Origin: Lingula anatina
Lineage: Eukaryota; Animalia; Brachiopoda
Reading direction: 5' to 3'
Length of the DNA stretch: 64,000 nucleotides
NCBI GenBank assembly: GCA_051362555.1
Contig: CM120645.1
Coordinates: forward strand, 2,232,001-2,296,000
Shown in pieces: positions 46,844 through 61,193 of the stretch. The position numbers and the translations under genes are program-made. Each line of letters opens with the position of its first letter. Position 1 is the first letter of the stretch. The notes beneath the pieces were generated by a model, which was not told where the DNA came from, searched no databases, and saw only the letters and a program-made list of their open reading frames with translations.

Positions 46844-48266
46844 TTATTCCCTCACGCCTTTAACTGTGCGCTAGAAACGGACGACTTCTCACCGGAATGG
46901 AAAACAAGAGACGTTAACTTGTGCCCGCATTCAATCGGTGACAAAGGGTTTTTTTTTCTACCTGCAGCTGAATAATCGAGGAGTTGATATTCGCTGTATT
47001 CCGCCTAACTCACTGAATATTATATGTGTCACCAACTGCAGTGGTGTTTAAACTTGCAACAGTGGTCCCTCCTCTTGGAAAACGAAAGTACCTTTCTACC
47101 TCTTCCATTTCAATCGTCATCAATTCTTTGATCAAAAGCGTCCCTGGAAGGTGTGCCTACATTCGTCGTCAGCAGTAGCACAGGGATAAACACGACGACA
47201 CTAGTAGAGTTACTGGTACTTAGTAATTGGGGCCATATTTCACCCTTTCAAAAGATTTTTTATCCGCGTTATCATCTGCACTTTGAGGCATCTCCAAATC
47301 ACTGATACTTAGTGCTAATATTAAATGGGAAGGTTTTGTCTCTTTTTTATTCTTTATTTTCTTATCTGATGTGTTGAAATAATTACCAATTAACTTTGAT
47401 CAAGGTCACTTGTTCATAGAATCGCGCAGTTGCGCAGCCCTTTTATACTGATCCGCATACTTTCGAATTCAAAAATTAAAATGAAGAGAAAAAACACACC
47501 TCCTATGTCGAGTGCCAATCCTGCGCAAGGGTTACATATCATTTACCTACTAGAGTGACAACATCTTCTCTAGAATGGCATGATTCAATAAAATACCTTT
47601 GACAGGCACAAAAAAGAGCGATTTTCTTTACGCGTACGTGAGCATGTCTGTCGCGTCTTAGGTCAATTGGTGCGTTAGGTTTTTTTACGGGTGTTTTGCA
47701 TACCTGGAATTATCGTGTCATTGGTTTATTTTCATTTCTCTCACGTTGCCCACCCGCACCCCCCGTATATTTTAACAGGAGGATATATGATGTTAGCACA
47801 CCCCTCGTCCGTCTTTGAATAACAACGATATCGGAAGATTTATTTCATGATTCATTTTAAAAATCCATTATAGTTACTTGAATGGATCATACATCTGTTA
47901 CATATAGCACTGTTTTAACATGTACAGTGATTTACATTTTTGATTTAGAAATCAACCTGCATTTTAGAACGTACATACTTTAACTTCCCTTTTCCTTCAT
48001 TTTTCAATAATGATGTATTGTCACCAGATGGAATAAAGAAAACCGTGATATTTCGTGCATTCGACCGTTATTGAAACATGTTCATGTATATAGATAACAA
48101 TGGCGGCGTAAAAGCCGTGATTCGCGATGCGAGAACAACGGGAAATTTTCATCAGCTGCGTCGAATTGCAGCTGGTTGTGCTGTACGTTGCAGCAGTTGG
48201 GTAAAATGCGCTAGATGAGTTTCGCTGTAATCTCCCCTGGACCCCCCTCCCCCCTCTCCCCCTCTC

Positions 48267-48300
<34 letters not shown>

Positions 48301-51300
48301 GTGACTAGCCTTAGACAAATGTGTTTTTTGTCTGGATTCTTCACCTTTAACTTTACTAATAATCAAAGCTGGACCAGGGGGGCTGGGGGGGGGGGGGTCG
48401 AGACCTGCTAGAGAACGAGGGTGGCATCACTATTTATCCATAAAGTAACGACATGTACTCACTGGTCACTCAACCATTGACAGTTAACGTATTAAGGCAA
48501 AATCAACGTAAAATAACTCCCATTGACAACAAGCGAGTAATCGATATTCCAAACTTACCCGTGTTATCGTAACTGGGTGGTAAACAAACATTATAAAAAT
48601 ATTTTGTAGCGGAGCCAACTCTTCCTGTTTACGTCTGCCACCAGATTTTTAATCATTTTCAATGTATTTCTTCTTATTGATAAAATGAAATATTAAAGAC
48701 CAAGACTGTTTGTTTTTATTGAGTGCAAATCAACAAGTAGGCCTATAATTTGCCTTTATGGCCGATCTTCGAGATTTTTATTTCTTCGTTTTGATCAAAA
48801 CCCCGTCCTGTAAAAACAACATAATTACGACTTACAGAAAGGGGTAGTTTACTGGTGCATTCAACTATATACATTTTACATGATTTTACAACATATAAAA
48901 GTTCAATGTTCACGAAGTCGGTAATAAGATACGAGAGAAAGGGTACACGGGTGCCAATTGCGAACACCACACGCATAATGATTGATGCAATTTTTTAATC
49001 AATATTTTAAAACAGAGGGAAGTCCCCTCCACCCCACCCCACCCAGCCCCTGGCCTTCACCACTTCCCCTCTTTTAACTCTCAATCGTCCACTGGAGTGT
49101 CCAAAATGTATGCCAGCGCACCCAGGGCATGGGGTACTTGGTGACCCCAGCTGTCAGCTGGAGTAATTAACCAGAACAAGCAATTAGACACCCCGGACAG
49201 ACGATACCAGATTCTTGTGGGGATCCTATAAAACTGGGAATGGCCATTAGCGCGATAGTGCAACAGACAGCTGGCGGACGTGATCGAGAACCTTGAGGTG
49301 GCAAGACGCTGGCGGCGTGGGTAGATGCGTAAACGTGTTGATGTTGTTGTCTCTATGGCAATCTGCCATTGGTTAAGTTTTCTTGAGGTCAAGCTGCCCC
49401 TAAGCAACATGATTTCTTTTCGAGTGGGAATCCATTTGGTGTAATATTACTGTGACAAATGAGTATCTTTACCTAACGCTATTGACTACCGTTTATATTT
49501 TGCGTATTTGTCCCAGTCTTGATTGCAAGTAATAATCGTTAAGCAGCGTGCGGCACTGTCTGTTATTTCCCAATGTTGATAAACAGTATTTAACGGAAAA
49601 CAAGGTGCTTGACGTATTTACTGTAGGAATAGGGACTTTCTTGGTGCAAACCTCCAGCTAAGGCTTCCTTTTCATTCTACCCTCTCTCTCTCTCTCTCTC
49701 TCTCTCTGCCTGAAGTTTGTCAAATGCTCCCCATAGCATTTAATGAGAATCTGTAATTCTTTTATGCTTTTTATCACACGCACAAACACACCCACAATTC
49801 TTGTAAGAAGTTTTTTTCCTTTGGCAGATTTAAGAAGTTCTTAACATTATTACAGATCAACAAGATTCGGCTCAGTTTTCTATTTTTCTTGGCAGACTTG
49901 AGAATCAAAGTGACATATAAACTGCAAGAACCAATAACATGTACTCCCCCACCCGATTAAGTCCCTCGATTTATGAATATAAATTTCTGCTGGCATTTTG
50001 CAGAATTCTTTAGGATATATATCCAGGGTACAGTTACAGAGGTCCATTATTTTGGATAATGTTCAGCTCCTAAGACGAAACTTATGTTTAAATTGCCATG
50101 AAAATATAACGATGATATTTTATCTAACCGCTTTGATTCATTTCATTGTTTATAATGTTAGCGGTAGATGAGTTTTCAGGCAAAGGGTATACAACTGCAT
50201 TACGTGATTTTGGATAATTGATATGTTAGCCTTCTTCGAGGTTAAAGTTTCAGTTGGCACCTGAAATTCTAGAGTAGCGACGAGAGTTCATTAAATGAGT
50301 GGTTTTGTTACCGGTTTTGTTGAGATCTGTAATGCAGCAGGCTGCCAGAGTACACGATTTTGCCTAAAAGCCATTCTCCTCCACGTACCCTGATAACTTG
50401 AAATAAAGATTTTAATTAATTTTTATCAAAATAAAAATAATGGAAGACTTTTTCTTCGACCTAGTTTGTTTATCTGGTAATTATTTCACTGTTTCATATT
50501 TATATCTTTCTTTGGTGAAAAGGCATTTTCAAAAAGGCATTCTTATTGTAGTAAAATTTACGTGGAGCACGTGTTATATCCAGAACCTATGACAAGTTCT
50601 GATGGTAAGTCAGTAGTTAGGAAGGTAATCCAATATGTCATCGTATACATTTGCCGAAAAAGAAAGACGGGAAAAAAACTGAAGTGAGAGGAAGTCGGCA
50701 GTGATGTTTCCGTCCAGAAACAGATGTTTGCAGTTAGTTGTTCAAGGGCAATGTTCAACGACATGTGCTGAGATGTTATCACTGCCGGCTGGCGTTAGTC
50801 TTGCGCAACGTGTTCTAGTGCATCAGACTTTTTACGTTCTTGGTCCCTTTTCCGATTCCCGATTTCAGTTATAGGCAGATTATAAAAAAAACAAAACACA
50901 AGCGGTTCAACTTTCAAAAATCCAGTATTCGTTTTATTTGTACTGGTGGCATGCACAGAATATATAATGTGTACTCAAATTGTTGCGACAATTTAATAGT
51001 AGTTTTAAGAGATAAAAATGTATCTTGAGTCGCACCCACACGCTTGCAACTACATCAAAGTGATCTGGATAACCCCAGCAATATGTCAGCAATTAAAGTT
51101 GACATTTAAGTATTTTAGATTATACAACAAAACTAAACAATTTAGATTGAAAACTTTCGAGACGTTTTAACTTGCTATAAACAAAGATATACAGGACGAA
51201 GTTTAATCCCTGCAAAAATGATACTAAAAATTTCTATGTTTCCATTTCCTCATTTCATTTTTAGTTCTCATTTTATCTTTTATTCTAACTTATTTCATGT

Positions 51301-51315
51301 TTTAGTCTTTATTTA

Positions 51316-51451
51316 TTTTGATGTCATTACTCGTGTATTTATAATATTTTTTGATGTCATTACTCGTGTATTTATAATATTTTTTGATGTCATTACTCGT
51401 GTATTTATAATATTTTTTGATGTCATTACTCGTGTATTTATAATATTTTTT
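51316..51451. repeat. 33-bp minisatellite, 4 copies
   Basis: TTTGATGTCATTACTCGTGTATTTATAATATTT repeated four times. Confidence 0.95.
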
Positions 51452-51919
51452 GTTCACAAATTATGTTTCATTTTACTTTTTCATAATTATTTTCAAGAGT
51501 TTATCGTTATCGTAACATCTCTCTACGTTGTTGAACTTGGTAAAATTATTTCATATCACTTAAAATGGAACGATGGTAGGATCTCCAGAGCAATAATGCA
51601 TGCCGCATTTCATTTCTTCCGCGTCTACAAATGTCACTTGTTAATTCCGAATAGCAAATTTTGCCAAAATAATACCTTTATCTTTTGGCTTATTTAACTC
51701 CTAAGGTCATATCTTTTATCTTCAAATAATTCCGGATTTCATAATGAAATATGTGATCGCGTGCGGAATTAAAGTTTCGATGCCGCTTTCCAAACTTCAG
51801 CCTTGGAGGCGTAACCGGAATGGGCCCCAGTTTCAATATGTAGGCCTACTTCGCTTACACTATCTACACTGAAACAGCTCAACAAACTCACAAACAAATC
51901 ACGTTTTTAAACAGAACAT

Positions 51920-51925
51920 TTTATT
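51920..51925 (-). terminator. Candidate poly(A) signal of the peptide precursor gene
   Basis: AATAAA on the minus strand with a downstream GT-rich tract (TTTGTTTGTGAGTTTGTTG). Confidence 0.45.
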
Positions 51926-52786
51926 TCGAATACTGTACGTATTCAATTACAAAAAAAAATCATCACAGTTCACTTCCTATTAGGAGACTTGTCTCTTGGA
52001 GGAGGTCTCTCTCGTAGGCAATATCACAGTCAAAATTTGTTGTTTTTAACAACAAAAAAAAAGTATATAATAAACACGTCACAACCACGTTAAATAAGAA
52101 TTGTCTTAAAGACGAATAAGTTAAGAGAGTATGAATAAAATATTAATAAATACCACACATGTTGGACGAAGACGTGAAATTTTCACAATAAATTACGTCA
52201 ATTACAATAACTTAAATAAAAAACCGTTGCAATAAATTAAATGGATACACTTATGAATATTATACATTACAGCACTGTATATGAGTAATCTCCTGTCACA
52301 AACGCTAGCCTTAACTCCAATGGACCGTAAGGACAACTGACAAAAAATAAATGAATTGCGGAAACATAAAACTTGGCTCACGGAAGCCCATGTTTCCATG
52401 CACGGAGAGAGACATAAATTGGGTATGATTTAACAGAGCTTCCGTGCATGTCCACATTTTTGAGAGGCCCGGCCGAGACTCGTCGTACTGCCAAAAGATA
52501 TTCCGCAGATTTAGTCGGATAAGAGATTCCTATTCGATTGTTGGTTTGAAAACAACACCGTATTTTTTAATAAATACGGAATATTAGAATTGTTTGATAT
52601 CCCTACACATCGTCAGTTCCCTGATTTTATGAATTCGTTTTTGGAAGGAATTACTCATGCGTTATATTAAGATTTCTAAAACTGTTTCTACATGTACCTC
52701 TAACTCTACTACTTCGACTAATACTTTTCTTCTACTTAATCTGCCTCCTATTCTATTTCTTAAAAATAATACTAATAACTTATCAT

Positions 52787-54316
52787 TTAAAATGGCACAC
52801 GCTCCCATCCAATCGGATGAAAAAGTCCGTCTTGTTCGTCCTCGGAATTTTCCGTCGCCCGTCGTTGTCGTGAGTTTCCATGCGTCTTCTCTTCGTGTGG
52901 TACGAATCCCCAGTTCTCCCATCCCTCGGCGTGGAACAAACCGTCCTTCTCGGGCTTGGCGGCCCGCCTCACGCGGATAACGTCGGGGTCGATGGCGGCC
53001 AGACGACTCATTATGGCCGATTTCTTTTTAGATTTTAGTCCTTCATCTCCCAGATTCATTCTGGACATTCTGAACCTTTTGCTTGGGATTAAAATCACGT
53101 GAGGATCTATGGGGCGAAGACGGGAGAAATATTTAGAAAGAGCACCAGTGCTTCTTTTAAATATTTGAATCACTTCGGGGTCAATATTTGAATCATCGTC
53201 TGGGATGTCTCTTTTTCGTAGGACCTGTATTACAGCGGGGTCTATACTGCTGTCCTTGGTAAACTTTGGGGATTCAGTGCTCCTTGTAAACACTTGAATT
53301 ACACCAGGGTCAATGCGAGAAGCGCTGTTGGGACGCGTTTTTCTTTTAACAACCGATACAACGTGAGGATCGGTCACTTCTACAGCGTCACCGTCCACTT
53401 CTCTCTTCTCGCGGTTGGCCCGACCGTCGTCGCTGCTAACGCGGTCTCGATTGTAATCGTTGGGTAATAAGTCCTCAGGGAAGAAGTAAAGACCATCCCA
53501 CGCCGCTCTCTTCATGCGGTATTCCCTGACAATGACACCGCTCTCCTGGTCATCACCTGAGAATAAAAGAAAATGACAAATTTAACCACTTTCAAGTATT
53601 TATTTTTAGCATTAAGAGCCGGCTACCAGAAATACAGTCGCGTGTAAGTCTCACTTTAAGTTCAAACAGACGCAGGAGTGACGGCCAAGATGAATAAAAT
53701 GAAGATTTATTACCGTTGGTGATCTTTTTGTTACATATAGCAAAGATGACTGTTTGGTATATAAATAGAACCTAGCCTTGGATAAGTTGTCTTCTGCTTG
53801 ATTGTGTACTTTTTTTTCACTCTTTTCAATTAATTTGTATGGAAATTTAATATTTGAGATCTCAACGAAAACTTTTGCTTTTTTTAATTTCATAAATGTC
53901 GAATATAGCGGACTTCGTTCGTTAAAAAAAGTTCTAAGATTCAACCACTTGGCTTTTATACATAGCTTTTTAACACATTTCATTTGAACTGTTCATAATA
54001 AATTTTAAGTTTCTTTCATGTGCTGCTATATTTTGTAATCCTTACAAAGCCCCTGCAATTTGTACTATGACTGAGCTCAATGTTTGTCGTTAGGATAAAT
54101 ACTAAACTATTTACGCTTACAGTTGATATGTTAAGGGTAACAAACGAGAAAAAATTGAATTGAAGACTTCAGTAACACACTAGTCGTTGCAGAATCGAGT
54201 GAAAGTAACTTACCTAAAACTTCTCCCAGCGTTAACGTTGGAGCTGCTGTGCAGAGATGAAAACACAGTACAACCAGCACGCTAAGAATGATCCAAGTAT
54301 CTCCAAAAATCACCAT
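52787..54316 (-). CDS. Secreted multi-copy peptide (neuropeptide-like) precursor, about 290 aa, two coding exons
   Basis: Exon 54214-54316 (signal peptide MVIFGDTWIILSVLVVLCFHLCTA, donor G|GTAAGT) splices in phase 1 to exon 52787-53556. Many KR/RR/RKR sites flank six [I/T]DPxV[I/V] repeats and three DGL[Y/F] repeats. Confidence 0.85.
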
Positions 54317-55232
54317 ATCTGTAAGGAGACAAATTTACAACTCAGTAAAACAATGAACATAATACACGTACACCAGCCAAGGCGTCAATTCTCTTGCTGC
54401 AAGCGAAGCAGAAATGAGCGCGTTTGGCGGAAAAAACACGTTTTATACCGCGAAGTTATTTCACCAAGCGAAGAAAAAAAATACAGATATTTTCCACTTC
54501 TCTCCCTGTGTGTTTAAACGAGACCGCATGCTCACCGTTAAGCCCATCCCAGAACGCTAGGAAAATTTGATTGACAGATCCCAAGGTTAAATTCTAGCTG
54601 GTCATTTTGGAAAAAAATCAAATCATGTATAGTGACCGATTATTGACTCCGTGATTTGCTCGTTATGGGCCATTACGTGCATTCCTAAAATATTTTATGC
54701 GAAGTTTTAATCGCAATTCGGAAATTAAGATAAGTGTAATTGTCCATTTCCTCCACTATGTGTTGTGCTAATGGAGCAGTATGAGGCCTGATGTTTTAGT
54801 TCGACTAGAAAATTGTGTTAACTGGAGACATTAGCCCCAGGGTCAGTGTCTTCAGCAACCACTGTAAAACACTAGAAACGTGCGAATGCGACATTTATGT
54901 AATCTACGATACAAACGCGCGGTGCTACAACACGTGGCAGTTTGCCCGCTGCTGGAGAGAAGCGGCAAGTTATCTTAAGTCTCAGGGAAAAAAAAGGTCT
55001 CACCTTGCCTTATGTTTCTTGATTTTTTTCTATCGGGTAATATCTTTCCAAGTTGTTCTCTCAAATTCAGTGCTTTCTTGTTGCTGTCTCGCTCTTGAAT
55101 ATCTTCAAACTAGAAGTCACCTCCAGGAATTAAAACGTGTTCCAAATAGATACCGGCTTAAAGTCGTACCTAAGGTAATACCCTTGTAGGTTCTTAAGAT
55201 TTAATCTGGCGACTTGAAGAAAGAGGGGAGAA

Positions 55233-55239
55233 TTTTATA
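55233..55239 (-). promoter_or_regulatory. TATA box candidate for the peptide precursor gene
   Basis: CTATAAAA on the minus strand, upstream of a non-coding exon ending at donor AAG|GTGAGA (55004); acceptor 2 nt before the ATG; CRE-like TGACGT at about 55340. Confidence 0.5.
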
Positions 55240-57237
55240 GAGCAGCGCCTTGAGTCATGGCGGCTAAATATAGCAACGCTCAGTAGGACACGCGAGGTAA
55301 GGCGAGACGCAGTACAACGCGGATGGGGAATCCCTTATTTGACGTAGGCGTGGCCTCCGCCACAGGAGCGTCCGGTACTGTTAATCTGAGTCGCTTCAAT
55401 CAAATTATCGTCGATCACAGGTTGATTTTTACAGGAAGCCAGTTTTGTGGAGTTCGCCACTTTAACAATAAACGCTCAAGTGTCTGAAACATCAGTCTCT
55501 TAAGTATGAGGAAGTATTAGTCTGCGGTGACCTACGTGGGGAGTGGGGAAAACGGGTTATGCATGGTTACATACAAAGTCTTGGGGTATACCACTAAGAT
55601 TATAGAGAACATTATATTTAATTATCTAATAAAAACCAATTTGTCAGCTGAACCGAAATCTTAATCGGAAGAGGACCGGGGACAATCAACGTAATATATC
55701 TCAAAGGGTCCAATTTTATGCCGCCTAAACGTCTAACCGAATATTAGGTTTGCCACGAAAACGCAAAACATACGCTGGCTGTTCCAAATTTTATGAGCAT
55801 TGCCTGAGACGGGTTGACATGGCACACGTGTGAAGAAGTGTTTAAGAAAAAACGACGGGTATTATTAATTGAGGAGTGTGGCACATTTATTAAAACTGTT
55901 CGACTTCATCACCGGCAATAATAAATCATCGCTTTCTGGAAGTCTCGAATTTTGTGATTTTTGGCATTGTGGTTATTGCTTATGATTTCATCACTTCGCC
56001 ATGATTGAAAGAAACCACGGAACTTTTTTATGTGCGTTATGACGACAATCCGCGTAAAACATTTCATTTTCTCTGACGGTTGTGCAATGCACCTTTTCTG
56101 GTTTTAGAAATATATGATTAAGTCGAGATGCAAATTTAAGGCCAAATTCACACCATGCTCAGAAAGTTCGATTTCGAATCGATCCTAGTTATTGTACAGC
56201 GCGTACGTCTCTTGTGGTCTAACCGACGTGTACATTGGATATTGTACAGACTCTAAGGGATTCACATTAAGCGTTTTGCGCTTCGTGGGAGTCGCAACAT
56301 CTAGATCACAATAAATACACTGTACTTTAGCTAAGTGAGCTGAAACGAGGCCAACCTAATGTAGATCGATTCGGGTGGAACTATCATAATCTAGTGTGAA
56401 CGTCATGGTATTATGTCTCATGTAGGACGTATCAGACGTTGACTGGATCATATGGTTCATACACACATTCAGGAAATATTGTTTTCCTAACAGACGCATT
56501 ATAACCCACTAGCCGTAAGATAATGTCCTTTACGTGACAAATTCATTTCAAAAACTGGACACGCGCGTGTTTAATTTTATCCCAGGTTATTACAATAAAG
56601 CTAACAGGCGGGCTCTGCCTCGCCCAGCGCTTCCTCTGCCAGAATTGAGTTTAAGACCTAAAACCTGTCAAAGAACAAGTTAAACCCGAGACTTGTAAGC
56701 CTTCTTGTCACGCGCTTTTTTTTTTTTTTTTTTTTTTTTTCACTGTTTATTCTGTGTTTCCTTGAGGTACTTGACTTGAGTTTCCTGTGCATGTCAAATT
56801 GTTAATTTCTAAGATCGACCCTAATAAAGGTCTTTTTTTTCTAAAATCACTTTTTTCTACTTAATGATGTGCAAAAGACATAGCCAGAACTTTCAAAATA
56901 CAAATTAGTACATCGTCGATTTGAACTGCAGTTTTACTTTCGATTTCAAATTAATTTTCATTTTTGTTTGCGTACATCAAACAAGAAAAAACAACCAAAC
57001 TGTATTGGCGACGGGAAATGAGTCCTTCATCTACTCAGCTCAAAAAGGTACATTTGTAAAGGAATACACACTACTTTTCTAAAAATATAATGGCCAGAAG
57101 GTAAATTTCGGCAATATAACCCGAGTGCGTTGCAAGTGAATACACAAGGCATTAGTGTGTCCGCAATAAGGTCTCATGTACCTTATCACGCTCATTGATT
57201 GTGCCAGTGCTTTTATGAATGTGAGTGTCCGTGCGTG

Positions 57238-57269
<32 letters not shown>

Positions 57270-60200
57270 GATGTGTGTAGGGTATGAGAGAGAGAGAGAG
57301 AGAGAGAGAGACGAACGTCTCAAAATTCAGTTCCACGTAATCTTTTTTCAGCAGGATCGTTTTCATCCCAAATTAAAAGTACAAAGAAAAACCCAGACAG
57401 ACTTTGGGCATGTACGCTTCCTCTAATTTTCTGTCTGTTGTTATTTGCTTTGGTTAAACCAACGAATCCGCATCCTAAAACAAGCATACAGACATTCATT
57501 TCCTTTATCATCATCATTCTGATTTTTATTCGTACATGTAATATCACAATGTCTATATCCTGAAGACTGTTGCGTCATTGCTGACAGCTTCAAGATGGAA
57601 GCCACGGATACGTGTAACATTCACTTGACGTATACAGGGTATAGGTTTCGAGTCACAGTTTACTTGTATATTTTGGAAATTCTTCAATAAAAAGGGGGTA
57701 AATGTCCATAGTAATTTTGAGCTGGTGTTTCTCTGGTTTCTTAAATCTGTGAAAGACGTGGAAGCGTTCTCATGTTGGTGGCTTTTCATGTTATCCATGT
57801 AACATCATTTTTACAACCCCACCCCTTGTGTCAGTAAGTTTTTTGTTACGTGAGATAAAAAAAGAGAAACTGCTCAGAGTTAAGCCACGGTGCTGCGTGT
57901 AAAAGAGTTGCACTTTTACAAACTGCCACTTTGCGTTCAGTTAAAAATGTTATGTACAAATTCTTTCACACATTTCACACATCTAGATCTCCATTAAAAA
58001 GAAGAATGCTTTTTAATATTATTCTGCAAGCGCAATTAACCCAAACGCAAACCCATTGAGGATTACTAATTTTAACTACCTGCCATCCATGTTACGGTCC
58101 TTCTCCAAGTTGTCATTCTGGAAAACATAGTTCTGGCACTTAATCAAAGCTAATTTTTTCCCTATAATCAAATCCGAATTATTTCAATTAATAGTATGTT
58201 TTATGCAGAAAGTAATACAAATGGAAACCTCGAATATTATGCACCGCACATATTGCTTCGCAGCAAAGGAATACTCGGCACGTATTGAGGGAATATGGCA
58301 ACCAAGATAGATGGGGTGATTTTGCTTTGTTTTTCCTTTTTGGCTTTCAATCAATGATGTAATAATTAATAATGTAGTTAATAATGAAACAGGAACTACG
58401 GAAAGTTTTCCCAAAACAATTTTTTCCATAGTTGAGGGCACATTCCCAGGAGGCTTTTATACCATTAACGTAAAATGTCTATTCAATTTTCTCTAATCAA
58501 AATTGAATATTTTGTGCATATCAGTTATCGATGTAGTATACCTTTTGATGTGAGATTAAATTATATATGCATTAAATGTGAAAAGGTGAAAGTCTCTGCC
58601 ATACGTTTGGAAAAAGACGCCCTACGCGTGGCACAGTGTATGTGCGAGTTAATCCGATGGAAACCTCGAACATCATACGCTATGTGCGGGGTGCTAGGTA
58701 AATGTAGTAGAAAAATAACAGTACCACATTGTCTCACAAAAAATAAAAACGGGTAGTTGTCTGTGGAGGTTTGCAGTTATTATAGTAAAAACTGGTGACG
58801 GGTCAGTCAGTTACTGTCGAAGTTGAATAGAAAAACACACCTGGCAAGTTAAAATGTGACCTTTGTCCTCTTTTACAGCGATTTTTTTCCATTCCATGAG
58901 CGGTGTTAAACGATTTTGCTACAAAGGTAAAAAAATAAGACCGAAAATGATTTGTGAAACCAGCTTTTAACTCAACTCAGACACCGTACTCATCCAACTG
59001 ACCGAAGTTGCAATAAATAAAGTTCATTTTTGTTACCATCATTATCATGTATGCTGCATCCTTTGTACGAAAATCCAATAATCTACCCTGTTCAAAATTT
59101 CCATTTTTGCCTTTATTGATTTTTTAAATTTAATTAATTAATTAATTAATTAATTAATTAATTAATTAATTTTACTTATTGCCACGATTTTTCAAGTATC
59201 CTTTTCAAAGGATAAAAAAATAGGTACGCATTTACCAGGTAATTTCCACGATCTGTATTTGAGCAATTTATGATGACGCATCTTGGGTTGACTTTGAATT
59301 TAAAAAAATGCAATGTCTCACAGGAACGTTAAGGAAATTGATCTTTTTTTCTTTATTTCTTAAGTTATAAAAGAAAAAAAAATCTGTTTCCAATTATTAA
59401 ATGAATAAAAATGAATAATAAGAACAGCGTGAGGATTTAAGGATACAGATAGTATAAAAAGTCAAATTTAAAAGCAACAAAGACATTGAGGGAGTAGGTC
59501 TAGATACATTACTCATAAAAATCACAGTAATCGCGCGCACAGTTTTGTGCTGCAGATTTTGTGGTTAGAGCCCGTTTAGGAGTGAAAATATTTTTCTTAA
59601 GGGCGTATGTTGGGGTTGCATACCATATCGTCCCACCCCGATCTGCTAATATATTGGTTATTCACTCAAAAAAAACGTGATCCTTGCATTGGCGGAACAC
59701 AAAAACTAACCATTTCAGAGAAAAGTTTTTTTCTTCTTATTGTCAGGGACAGATAAATGTGTATATTTCGCATAGTTTCGCTCTTTTGAACGCATATGAA
59801 ACGAGGTAACAAGCAGGCCGAGCGTTTCACCGTCCACCACGTCCAGCGAGAGCGTAACCACCCTACAGCATTTATTTCATTTTTAACACGTCCGCCTGTC
59901 TGAGTCATCTTCCGGTATATGAGCTCTCCTTTATTTGGAGTACGAAAGGATATCCGCTACAATAACAGCATGGAAGCTGAGGTAAGAATTTTGTTTTGTT
60001 AAGAAAATCTGATTTATTGATCTCCGGCGCAGTCGATCAGACCTGTTATGCCTTCTTATTCTCAGCATTGTAATTGTCTGTGATTTTAATGTAGCTGAAT
60101 GGCGTTGGTCCTTCTGAGAGGTGACATATGACCCCTCTTTGTTGTGTGTTGTGACGGCTGTGAAGATGGTTTTGATCACGATATGTGATTCAGTGCTGAA

Positions 60201-60273
60201 GGGTCAGTTTCGATTTTGCGGCGGGATCGCGAAATATAAGAATTATCTGTGTTTTGTTCGACATTGTTAAATA

Positions 60274-60346
<73 letters not shown>

Positions 60347-61193
60347 TCACATACACAACATTTTGCCAACAATTAATTCTTCCCATTGCAAATATTTGTT
60401 TTGCATAAGCGCCTACCTACAATGATAGGGAATCCAATATGTCAACATGTGGAAGCAGATACAGAGAATTAAACGTATAACGTACATAATAATGTGTAAA
60501 CAGTGAATGAGATTATGGATAATGATATGATACCTTTGTCAGTACAACAATTAAGTTTGTTTATATGAATCTGGCGATAGAAAGTGAAACCATAATACAT
60601 GCAAGCAATATTGTGTTTGGACATACTACTGGCATACACATATATTGAAAAAATAGTCTAAAATATACAAGCTAGGTTAGTTTTATTGCTATATATCAGA
60701 CTTTCAGATACAAGAAATTTTGAGTTGAAATAACATAATCACATATCTACATATATACGTAGCTCATGTTGTGTGGGGGTGTGTGCTTATAGCTGATTTT
60801 GAAATATAAGTTTTAAGCTCTCTGCCAAATTCTGAACATGTTGTGTTTGCAACATACTGTTTTGGGAGAAAGTTGTTTATTGGCAATGTCAGGTGGCGGG
60901 GGGGGGGGGGGGGGGGGGGGGGGGCATTTAGGTGATTCTCCTATGTGATAGCCAAGCTGTTATGTTGTCCATCTCTCAAAGTTAATCAGAACAGTCTGTA
61001 TCATTCATTAAAAAATACTGTTCAGTGTGAAGAGGGCCACCACTGCCACCCTGCTACACCTAAATAGCTCAGTCTTGTTTATAAATATTAATTTATGGAA
61101 TTGCTTTTCTTGATGGTTTATATATATATATATATATATATTCAAGCTGAGAGTAATCTATGTTAAGCAAAACATTGGATTAATGGAAGGTGT

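Noticed and set aside
51218-51697. 159-aa hydrophobic ORF with DVITRVFIIFF repeats
   Set aside because: It is a translation of a T-rich 33-bp minisatellite, with no splice or homology support.
36416-52980. Overlapping ORFs such as 36416-36841, 40254-40724, 40332-40715, 43836-44102 and 52657-52980
   Set aside because: Antisense or shifted-frame shadows of real minus-strand exons.
56140-56404. Weak inverted ends TTCACAC...CGAATCGATC / GATCGATTCG...GTGTGAA
   Set aside because: Probably an old MITE, but too degenerate to define ends or a target duplication.
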